Shown here: one piece after another, positions 29,701 through 38,874 of the stretch
Layout: each line of letters starts with the position of its first letter
How positions within the stretch are numbered: position 1 is the first letter of the stretch
From: Candidatus Saccharimonadota bacterium
Lineage (GTDB): Bacteria; Patescibacteriota; Saccharimonadia; Saccharimonadales; Saccharimonadaceae
Length of the DNA: 64,000 nucleotides
NCBI GenBank assembly: GCA_028286285.1
Contig: JAQBRV010000002.1
Span: 116,814 to 180,813 of the forward strand
Direction: 5' to 3'
The notes under the pieces: model-generated
Seen by the model: only the letters and a program-made list of their open reading frames with translations
Database searches by the model: none
What the model was told of the DNA's origin: nothing
Program-made: the position numbers and the translations under genes

Positions 29701-29704
<4 letters not shown>
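28838..29704 (+). CDS. atpG: F-type ATP synthase subunit gamma
   Basis: 288 aa. IKSTKQITKAMQMVAASKMRRAQ N-terminus and ITQELAEI C-terminus. Confidence 0.92.
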
Positions 29705-31249
<1,545 letters not shown>

Positions 31250-31256
31250 GACTGAA

Positions 31257-31679
31257 GTGAAACTTGAACTCGTCACACTAATGGGCGTCCAGCTCGACAA
31301 GGAAGTCTACGAAGTCATGCTGCCGACTGCTGCCGGGCCAATCGCGGTCTTCCCTGGTCACGAACCGCTGGTGTCAATCGCTATACCTGGCGTCATCTCG
31401 GTACGTCACAACAAAGGTGACGCTGATAGCCAGCTAGAATTCTTCGCTATTAGTGGTGGAGTAATCGAAGTGACGACCAAAAACGTACGCGTATTAGTGG
31501 ACGAAGCCGATCATGGTGACGATATCATCGAAGCCGAAAGCCAAGCGGCACTCGAACGTGCTATCAAACTTCGTGATAGTGCCAAAGATCAAATCGAGCT
31601 TGAAAAAGCTCACCAATTGGTTGACCGTCATATGGTACGACTCAAGGTGGCTGACCTGCGTCGCCGACACCACCGATAA
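31257..31679 (+). CDS. atpC: F-type ATP synthase subunit epsilon
   Basis: 140 aa, GTG start. GHEPLVS motif. Operon position fits. Confidence 0.85.
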   Translation: MKLELVTLMGVQLDKEVYEVMLPTAAGPIAVFPGHEPLVSIAIPGVISVRHNKGDADSQLEFFAISGGVIEVTTKNVRVLVDEADHGDDIIEAESQAALERAIKLRDSAKDQIELEKAHQLVDRHMVRLKVADLRRRHHR

Positions 31680-31685
31680 GATAGG

Positions 31686-32627
31686 TTAGGCATCAATTAA
31701 AGCGCGGACTTCGTCCGTGCTTTTTGCGTGCATCAGTTTGTCTCTTAGTTCAGCTGCCCCATCAAACTCCCGCACATAAATCTTAAAGAACCGTTTCAAC
31801 GGATCGAATTTACGGGGGGCGAGTTTTTCGTATTCATCATGCAGATCGAGCTGGAGATTGAGCAATTCAAGCAGATCTTCTTTTGTGTGAGTATTAGGTT
31901 TAGTCTCGAAAGCAAATGGGTTATGAAAGATGCCGCGACCAACCATGACACCATCGACGCCGTGTTTAGCAATCAATTCTTCACCATGCTGACGGTCGCG
32001 AATATCGCCGTTGATCGTTAGGAGTGTTCCAGGCGCAATCTCGTCGCGCAGTTGCTTGATGTCGTCGATCAGCTCAAAGTGGGCGTCGACTTTGCTCATC
32101 TCTTTTTTGGTACGCAGATGGATCGTCAGATTGGCGATGTCCTGGCGAAAAAGATGACCAAGCCACTCTTGCCATTCACTCGGAGTGCTATAGCCCAGCC
32201 GTGTTTTGACACTGACGGGTAGACCACTAGCCTTAGCGGCCGCGATCATGGCAGACGCTAGTTCTGGTGTGCGGATCATGCCTGCGCCACCACCACTTTT
32301 GACAGCCGAAGCATCGGGACAACCCATATTGATATCAATCCCGTCGTAGCCCAGCTCCTTACAGTGTAATGCTAGTTTAGTCATAGCCTCGGGCTCTGCG
32401 CCCCAGAGTTGGGCGACAATCGGGTGCTCGTCATCGGTCTTGACGAGTCGCGTGCCAATGGCTTTGTCGCCCGCTGCGGCCCAGCCAGTGGCATTGGTAA
32501 ATTCCGTGAAGAAAAGATCAGGCGCGGCGGCATGTTTGACGACATGCCGAAAGACAACATCAGTTACTGCCTCCATCGGAGCCAGAATAAAGAAAGGTTT
32601 TGGTAGGTCGTGCCACAATGAATTCAT
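31686..32627 (-). CDS. dus: tRNA-dihydrouridine synthase
   Basis: Start taken at MNSLWHDLPKPFFILAPMEAVTD (ATG 32627). IDINMGCP and a TIM-barrel Dus signature. Confidence 0.85.
   Translation of the reverse strand: MNSLWHDLPKPFFILAPMEAVTDVVFRHVVKHAAAPDLFFTEFTNATGWAAAGDKAIGTRLVKTDDEHPIVAQLWGAEPEAMTKLALHCKELGYDGIDINMGCPDASAVKSGGGAGMIRTPELASAMIAAAKASGLPVSVKTRLGYSTPSEWQEWLGHLFRQDIANLTIHLRTKKEMSKVDAHFELIDDIKQLRDEIAPGTLLTINGDIRDRQHGEELIAKHGVDGVMVGRGIFHNPFAFETKPNTHTKEDLLELLNLQLDLHDEYEKLAPRKFDPLKRFFKIYVREFDGAAELRDKLMHAKSTDEVRALIDA
31701..31725 (+). terminator. Intrinsic terminator of the atp operon (lies inside the 3' end of the convergent dus gene)
   Basis: AGCGCGGAC-TTCG-TCCGTGCT hairpin followed by TTTTT. 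Confidence 0.6.
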
Positions 32628-32797
32628 AGATAGGTTTACGGTAGTCTTTATTATATCAGCAACGATATGAAATAAAAAACGCCTCACATCTGACACAAAT
32701 GATTTATGTCGAATGTGAGACGGACAGGAATAGTGCGTGAGGCGGAAGCCTCGTTCCCTCTTTGCTTCGCAGCAATGAGTGTCCGTTCTCTGGAGGG

Positions 32798-32965
32798 TCA
32801 GCTGAGGATTCCCCAGCCACTGGACTTCCCCTTGGGGAGTCGCGCTTCGGCTGCCTTCTCGGCTGCCTTCAGCGTTTCCAGATCCCTGCCCTTCACCTTG
32901 GCTTTCTCCGCAGTTTCTCGATTACTCCGAGCTATACGAAGAGCCTCTTCCTGGTTGCTTGGCAA
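32798..32965 (-). CDS. 55-aa Lys/Ala/Glu-rich small protein (below the ORF-track length cutoff)
   Basis: TTG start at 32965, preceded at 5 nt by a perfect AGGAGGTGA. Translation MPSNQEEALRIARSNRETAEKAKVKGRDLETLKAAEKAAEARLPKGKSSGWGILS, then TGA. Found by reading the minus strand. Confidence 0.45.
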   Translation of the reverse strand: MPSNQEEALRIARSNRETAEKAKVKGRDLETLKAAEKAAEARLPKGKSSGWGILS

Positions 32966-33459
32966 CTAGTTCACCTCCTAGGGTGATATTGGGTTCGAAC
33001 CGAACAAATGGGTTGGACTACGAGCAGGTGCATCACCTGCAGCGGCGCTAAGCAACGCACCTGCCCGTAGGTTGAACGACGAACGGCAGAGAGCTGCTAC
33101 CTCGGCTGCTCAAACCAAGAGCTCTCCACCGTTCGCCGACTCGTGGACTGCAGGCAGGTGAAGGTCAGACACTGCCTTCCCCTTGCGATGTCATCACGAC
33201 ACCTGCCTGCAGATTGAACGACGAGCACCGAGGTGGGTTTCATGGGCCCACGCGGTCGACAACGCACTGCCCAGACTCTCGGTTGTCTGGGTGGCGTTAT
33301 AGCCGACGGCTTTCCTCGGTACTCGTCGAATCTATGGGAGACCGCGAGACAGACTATTGGAGTCTATCTCGCGGTCTCATTGAAACAAGTACGCCGCTTG
33401 AGGGAATCCTTGTTAGCGTGGGCACTGATCTCTGTCACAGCGCCTTTTACTTGTTTCAG
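32966..33459 (-). ncRNA. Large structured RNA or leader of unknown class (series of long helices with a duplicated helix pair)
   Basis: No credible ORF and locally GC-rich. Helices at 33381-33458 (11 bp), 33338-33378 (12 bp plus 5 bp), 33211-33233/33314-33333, 33148-33160/33200-33212 (13 bp), 33078-33094/33121-33137 (17 bp) and 33018-33030/33058-33070 (13 bp). Mismatches become G-U pairs only on the minus strand. Confidence 0.55.
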
Positions 33460-33532
33460 TGCGGCTGACAGGATTCGAACCTGCAACCTCCATCTTGTCG
33501 AGATGACGCTCTACCAGTTGAGCTACGGCCGC
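33460..33532 (-). tRNA. tRNA-Val(GAC)-like gene with atypical features
   Basis: GCGGCCGTAGCTCAACTGGTAGAGCGTCATCTCGACAAGATGGAGGTTGCAGGTTCGAATCCTGTCAGCCGCA. The D and T arms are canonical. The anticodon loop is TCGACAA (C at position 33), there is a C6-A67 mismatch, and no CCA is encoded, unlike the other three tRNAs here. Confidence 0.6.
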
Positions 33533-33797
33533 ACGACAACACCGTACCACCCAGCTTGAAAGCTGCTGCGTGAGCAGCCTCTCTCTACCGAGTGGCATGA
33601 TGAGCCGGATCGCCAAGCAGGGTGGGTCGATGTCGACCAACTTACTGCCTGACGAACTATTTTGCACTATTCCTGTCTATTAAATTACGACTTGCGAATA
33701 GGCGGAGAGTGAGCCATGACGACTGTGTCCCGAATCACTCATCGCCTACTCAAGCAAGTGTGATCATTATTTTATCACTTTAACAGAGTGGAGTCAA

Positions 33798-36700
33798 CTA
33801 TCTATCTAATAAAAAGTCTTCAAAAGCTAACATACCTTTGAAGCTTGGATCAAACTGACTGATGTCGGGCAGATCAAGCTCGATGATGTGTTGCCAGACT
33901 TTTTGGATCAGATGAGCAAGCCGTTCACACTCATCGGCATCAAACTCAAAATCAAGTGAAACAATTTCGCCACTGCGAGTAGGCTCGACGAATTGGAGTG
34001 ACGCCGAAACGACAGAATAATTACTATAATCACGTGAATGTTCGATCAAGAATTTATAGAACATCAGCTGTTGTTTGTACTTGTGCAATTTGATCTTCTC
34101 AAAGTCGGTTTTACCCTGCCATGAACGCGAGGCTTTACCGGTTTTGTAGTCAGTCACATGAATCGTGCGAGTGACTTCGTCGATGTCGAGCAGGTCAAGC
34201 GCGCCTGTCAGTCTGGCCTCACCCAGTATGACTTGCTGACCACTAAAACCAAGCTCCACTTTTTGGTCGGGAGAAAAGGTGTCATGACGTGCGGTGAAAA
34301 ATGCTCGTAAAGCATCAATACCACGCTGCAGGAAGCTATCGTAATCCTCAACCGGTAGACGGTGCTCCTGAAGTGTGTGTTCGAAATCACTCAGAATATC
34401 TTCCTGCGGTTTTTGTTCGCGAGTTGCCTTCAGGTGATTGTGCGCCCGCTGCAAGACAGCATGAATTGCCGAACCGTAGGCGGCAGCTGGTGACATGGCA
34501 CTCGGAAAATGAAGTAAGTTGCTAAGCAAGAAATGATGCGGACCGCCACGGGACACATCGAGGAAATTATTGAGATGTGTGGCACTGAGCTTGTAGCGGG
34601 TCAGTTGGGGCGTTAAGATATCTTGCATGGAGCCCGAGATCGGCGCGACCAGCGGTGCATACCACTCAAGTTTGGTCACTTCGAGATGGTCATCCAGTGA
34701 CAACGAGGCCTCGAGGACTTGCTCTTCCACGGTACTGGCCAGAAGGAACGAGGCTTTGCGGGTTTCTTTACCACTATCATCACGCGATGCATAGCTGATG
34801 ATGAGGTCTTTTTTGGCACGGGTCATGGCCACGAAAAACAGTCGAAGTCGCTCGTCGAGTGACGAACCGCTCGGTGCCAATGGCAGATTCTCAGGATAAC
34901 TTATCATACGGCTGCGAGAACGTACTTTCTCTCCCCAGCTTGTGTCGATTGCGCCGACGATGTAGACGGTGTCAAATTCGAGGCCTTTTGATTTGTGGGC
35001 AGTCATCAAATTGACGGCTTCGTTCATAGTGTCGCGGTGCTGAGAGGTATTCATAATCGGTGTTTCGGTTGTGCGGTGCAAATCGATGAACTCGATAAAG
35101 GTTAGTAGTGAGGGTGTCTCAGCACTATGGTATTCACGCAGTTTAGCGCGGATAGTCCGCAGGCTTTGCAGGTATGACAGGTAGGCGCGCGGATCATTGG
35201 CCAGCCGCTCCTCGCTAAAGTAGTAGTCGTAGAGGGGTGACCGGAATGTTTCATTTTCGTTGCAGCCGATCAGGAGGTCAAGCATATATTCCAGCGGTGT
35301 CTGCGGCATTTTCTGCGCCAGCATTACCAACCAACTATGGATAGTAGTCAATTCGGGCATGACCGACATGATATCCAGCCAGAGTCGGTGTTCGGTGTGG
35401 GCTTGGAGACTCAGTTTCCAGATGTTCTCGGGCGTTATATTCCAGGCGGGATGAGATAGGAGTTCTGGTAGCAGGGCGTCAGCATCGGCCAGTCGTTTCT
35501 CGTGTAGAGCGATCACGATAGTCGCCAGGCATTCTAGACTAGCCAGGACATCGCTGTCGAGGATATTCTCACGTTTCTCGTAACTGACTGATACCTCAGC
35601 CTTAGCAAAATACGGCAACAGTTCGCCGATTTCGTAGTGACGCCGTGCTAGCACCGCGATCGAACTCGGCGCTTCACCACTTTCGATACGGTGTTTGATA
35701 CTATCGACCAGCCACTGGCGTTCGTCGGTACGCGAAGCGGCCTGGACAATGCGCGTTTCGGGTTTAACTACCTCATGATGAGCGGTCAGACTCTTATCGA
35801 GCTCCTCAATATACCGCTCCAGACGCTCACTTCCCTGAGTAATGACCTCCCGAGCGGCGTTAAGGATCGGCGCGGCTGAGCGGTAGTTGTCAGTCAGGGT
35901 AATCAATGTGACGTCGTGGTAGGCCTGGCGAAAATTTAGGATATTACTGACATCGGCACCTTGGAAACTATAAATGGCTTGATCGTCGTCACCAACCACC
36001 ATGATGTTCGGTCGTCCATTATTGACCTCATTGTCAGTCAGGTTATGGAGGATACGAGCCTGGGCTAAGTTTGTGTCCTGGAATTCGTCGACCATGATGT
36101 ACTGATATTTTTCCTGGATATTAAACTTTAGATCAGGCTGAGTCTCCATGGTGTGGACGACTTGCAAAATCATGTCGTCAAAGTCATAGAGTTCAGCCTC
36201 TTGCATGTGCGCCAAGTAACTATCGTAAATGGCCGCAATCGCCCGTAGTTTGACATGACGCTTGCGATCTTTGAACACAAATGCACCGCTGTCATCTTTT
36301 TCGAGCCAGGCATTCTTCCAGGCGGTAACTGGTTTAGTGGAGTGAGCGGTCTGCGCTTCATTGAGCGAGTGAGCCAGCTGGATGGCGATGACATGTGATA
36401 GCGGTGTAATCTCTGCTGGTAGTTTAGCCTCGGTTAGAGTAGCAACTTCCTGGGCAATTGGAATCAGCTGGTCGAGCGTCTTGGAGCTGATGCGCTGGTC
36501 GAACACAGTCGACAGCTTCTTTTCTATTTGGTCACAAACAGCTTCGTTGGCGTCGAGAATAGCCAGCAGCTCACTACTGGTAAGGCCGCTTCGTTTTAAC
36601 TCGGAGATCACCATAAAAGCGTCTTTTAGATAGGTGTACTCACCGTTCATTTTACTGGCGAGTAGATTAGTATAATCGAGTTCATCGAAAATAGCCCGCA

Positions 36701-37067
36701 AAATCTCGTAACTGCTGAGCTCTTCAGCCGGTGCAAAAGTAGCGCCGTTATAAAAGTATTCACTATTTTGGTTGATAATTTCGGTACCAAAACTATGAAA
36801 CGTATGTATTGCCACTTTGTATGCATCTTGCCCAATGATACTAATCAAGCGATCGCGCATGGCGTCTGCCCCACTGTCGGTAAAGGTCAAACAGAGGATA
36901 TTTGCTGCTAGGGTATCGGTCTTTGCCAAGATATTAGCGGTGCGCATACTGAGCAGCTCGGTTTTGCCGGTGCCAGGTCCAGCCACCACCATAATTGGCC
37001 CTTCGATAGTTTCGACGGCTTGTTTCTGGGCAGTGTTGAGCTTGACAAAACGACTATTAAAATCCAT
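33798..37067 (-). CDS. UvrD/PcrA-type helicase fused to a C-terminal PD-(D/E)xK (RecB/AddB-like) nuclease
   Basis: 1089 aa. AGPGTGKT Walker A, VDEFQDTN, TAHKSKGLEF. The C-terminus has HVTDYKTGK plus a QLMFYKFL-type nuclease motif. Confidence 0.85.
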   Translation of the reverse strand: MDFNSRFVKLNTAQKQAVETIEGPIMVVAGPGTGKTELLSMRTANILAKTDTLAANILCLTFTDSGADAMRDRLISIIGQDAYKVAIHTFHSFGTEIINQNSEYFYNGATFAPAEELSSYEILRAIFDELDYTNLLASKMNGEYTYLKDAFMVISELKRSGLTSSELLAILDANEAVCDQIEKKLSTVFDQRISSKTLDQLIPIAQEVATLTEAKLPAEITPLSHVIAIQLAHSLNEAQTAHSTKPVTAWKNAWLEKDDSGAFVFKDRKRHVKLRAIAAIYDSYLAHMQEAELYDFDDMILQVVHTMETQPDLKFNIQEKYQYIMVDEFQDTNLAQARILHNLTDNEVNNGRPNIMVVGDDDQAIYSFQGADVSNILNFRQAYHDVTLITLTDNYRSAAPILNAAREVITQGSERLERYIEELDKSLTAHHEVVKPETRIVQAASRTDERQWLVDSIKHRIESGEAPSSIAVLARRHYEIGELLPYFAKAEVSVSYEKRENILDSDVLASLECLATIVIALHEKRLADADALLPELLSHPAWNITPENIWKLSLQAHTEHRLWLDIMSVMPELTTIHSWLVMLAQKMPQTPLEYMLDLLIGCNENETFRSPLYDYYFSEERLANDPRAYLSYLQSLRTIRAKLREYHSAETPSLLTFIEFIDLHRTTETPIMNTSQHRDTMNEAVNLMTAHKSKGLEFDTVYIVGAIDTSWGEKVRSRSRMISYPENLPLAPSGSSLDERLRLFFVAMTRAKKDLIISYASRDDSGKETRKASFLLASTVEEQVLEASLSLDDHLEVTKLEWYAPLVAPISGSMQDILTPQLTRYKLSATHLNNFLDVSRGGPHHFLLSNLLHFPSAMSPAAAYGSAIHAVLQRAHNHLKATREQKPQEDILSDFEHTLQEHRLPVEDYDSFLQRGIDALRAFFTARHDTFSPDQKVELGFSGQQVILGEARLTGALDLLDIDEVTRTIHVTDYKTGKASRSWQGKTDFEKIKLHKYKQQLMFYKFLIEHSRDYSNYSVVSASLQFVEPTRSGEIVSLDFEFDADECERLAHLIQKVWQHIIELDLPDISQFDPSFKGMLAFEDFLLDR

Positions 37068-37180
37068 TACTCTTATTGTACCCCACTAAGGTGTTATATC
37101 GATACTCTTGGGTCGATGTAACACGTCGTCACTCGGAAAAGTTTGCAAGACAATCTTCTCTCTCGTTTCCTAGTGTTATA

Positions 37181-37681
37181 ATGACAGACAGTATGAACGA
37201 TGAAGTGTATGACGACTTAGCACTCGAACGGATCGTAAAGGATCATTTCGGGTTTAAAGCAGATATCGATAAAGTAATCGTGCGGCAGGTATCGGTCAGT
37301 CCGACTGCGGAAGCGACGGTCTTTTTGACGAACAAAAAACAGCTACTGGTGTACATCCACGCTCAGTCAAAATTGCAACTGGGTGATATCAAAAAGATCA
37401 TCGCCCGCATGGGTATGAAGGCCGAACTCTACCTTCCACCGAAAGGTCGGCCAGATTATTTCGACGCGATCGGTCGTGAAAAATTCCGCGAAGTGTTTCC
37501 GGGGCGAACCCATGTCACCGATCACGATATTATGTTTTATCGAACCCTCGCCGTCTACAACCCGGCGCTAGTGCTGATCAGTGAAATCAAGCGCGGTGAG
37601 ATCAGTGAATACAATCGAGATACGCGCGGCAACTGGCGGGTGGCTGCCAAGTTTGCCTATCGTCGCATTAAGACTAGTTAG
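37181..37681 (+). CDS. Hypothetical protein
   Basis: The track ORF starts at a TTG (37076), 9 nt from the divergent helicase start. I prefer ATG 37181 (MTDSMNDEVYDD..). No motif recognised. Confidence 0.5.
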   Translation: MTDSMNDEVYDDLALERIVKDHFGFKADIDKVIVRQVSVSPTAEATVFLTNKKQLLVYIHAQSKLQLGDIKKIIARMGMKAELYLPPKGRPDYFDAIGREKFREVFPGRTHVTDHDIMFYRTLAVYNPALVLISEIKRGEISEYNRDTRGNWRVAAKFAYRRIKTS

Positions 37682-37754
37682 ATTATTAGGGAAGTTAACT
37701 TCCCTAGCATGAACGAAAAGACTAGGCTACGCTAGGAGTGAAAAAGGAGAGGTA

Positions 37755-38453
37755 ATGAGTCACGAAGCATCCATTCACCAAACACAAGTCGATATCCTAC
37801 GCGAATTATTATTTACGCCCGATGCTAGTTTTTCTGACCTACGGAAAGTAACCGGTCTTGAGAGTGATCATTTCAAATTTCACATCGGACGCCTGAACGA
37901 GCTCGGTTACGTTGAGCGTCTGGCGCGCGGTCGCTATAGCTTGAGTGCCAAAGGTAAGGAATACGCCAACAAACTTGATACAGACGAGCGAACCATCGAA
38001 CGGCAGCCAAAATCAGCTGTTATTCTGGTGATTGAACATGAGGGGCGCTATCTTGTCCAAGAGCGCCTCAAGCATCCGTATTTTGGCTATTATGGCTTTC
38101 CTGGTGGCAAAATTCGCTGGGGGGAGACAATTATCGAAGCCGGCCAGCGTGAACTGTTAGAAGAAACAGGCTTGGCAGCAGAGCTGACCTATCGCGGAGT
38201 TTATCACGAACATGTCCAGTCCGCAGAGGACGGCAACGTGATCGAAGACAAAATATTCCATGTAGTATACGGTACGGATCCCACTAATGAATTGATTGAA
38301 AATTTTGAAGGTGGACGAAATGTCTGGATGACACTCCGAGAAATTGCGGATGAGGACAAGGTTTATAAAAGCTTCGATATTGAACTCGCTGTCGGTACAG
38401 GCCAAAAGCAATTTGTCGAAGCCACTCAAATCTACGCCAAACACGAGTTTTAA
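37755..38453 (+). CDS. Winged-helix DNA-binding domain fused to a NUDIX hydrolase domain
   Basis: 232 aa. N-terminal wHTH-like region (ILRELLFTPDASFSDLRKVTGLESDHFKFHIGRLNELGYVER) and Nudix box GGKIRWGETIIEAGQRELLEETGL. Confidence 0.75.
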   Translation: MSHEASIHQTQVDILRELLFTPDASFSDLRKVTGLESDHFKFHIGRLNELGYVERLARGRYSLSAKGKEYANKLDTDERTIERQPKSAVILVIEHEGRYLVQERLKHPYFGYYGFPGGKIRWGETIIEAGQRELLEETGLAAELTYRGVYHEHVQSAEDGNVIEDKIFHVVYGTDPTNELIENFEGGRNVWMTLREIADEDKVYKSFDIELAVGTGQKQFVEATQIYAKHEF

Positions 38454-38454
38454 T

Positions 38455-38874
38455 ATGGCATTTGGATCCGTTATTCGCTGCACCCTGTCGGGCTCGTTTC
38501 GTCGCGACCAGGCAGGCATCAAACGTGCCTACCACGAGCTTGTCACCTGTGGTTGCCAAGTCCTCTCGCCCCATCGACTTGAGTTTGACGCGCCTGATAC
38601 ATTATTTGTAAAAGATAGTGCCGAGCGAGATATGAGCGACGCCGACATCGAAGCCCATCACCTACAGGCAATCAAGCAGTCTGATTTCGTTTGGGTACAT
38701 CTACCCGATGGCTATATGGGTCTGAGTGCGGCATGTGAAATTGGCTACGCCACGGCACTTGGTCTGCCGGTGTTTTCCGACCAAACGCCAAGCGAGCCAG
38801 TCTTTCAATCGTTGGTAACGACAGTGCCGAGTGTCTTTCGAGCACTCGAATTACTTAACCAAAATAGTAGCTAG
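38455..38874 (+). CDS. Nucleoside 2-deoxyribosyltransferase-like protein
   Basis: Start at MAFGSVIRCTLSGSFRRD (ATG 38455, 1 nt after the upstream stop). SDFVWVHLPDGYMGLSAACEIGYATALGLPVF resembles the NDT-fold C-terminal motif. Weak call. Confidence 0.4.
   Translation: MAFGSVIRCTLSGSFRRDQAGIKRAYHELVTCGCQVLSPHRLEFDAPDTLFVKDSAERDMSDADIEAHHLQAIKQSDFVWVHLPDGYMGLSAACEIGYATALGLPVFSDQTPSEPVFQSLVTTVPSVFRALELLNQNSS

Noticed and set aside
33150-33340. RNase P RNA on the minus strand. GAGGAAAGCC and AUAACGCCACCC resemble the GAGGAAAGUCC and GUAAACUCCACCC conserved regions.
   Set aside because: The two motifs are only about 20 nt apart. No P4 3' strand (ACAGAA.CCGGCUUA-like partner) is present. The long perfect helices do not match the type A or type B architecture. 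An Rfam scan should still be run.
32981-33460. tmRNA (ssrA) on the plus strand. GGGTGATATTGGGTTCGAAC and GGTGCAT resemble the 5' end of tmRNAs (GGGGCUGAUUCUGGAUUCGAC..GGUGCAU), and smpB is in the window.
   Set aside because: There are only three leading G residues. No T-arm plus acceptor/ACCA 3' end complementary to the 5' end lies anywhere downstream. No plausible tag reading frame ends in hydrophobic residues plus a stop. The G-U pairs in the long helices form only on the minus strand.
33546-33632. SRP (4.5S) RNA for the roughly 90-nt hairpin upstream of the tRNA-Val-like gene.
   Set aside because: The apical region lacks the conserved GGAA tetraloop and the AGCA/GGAAG symmetric-loop motifs of domain IV.
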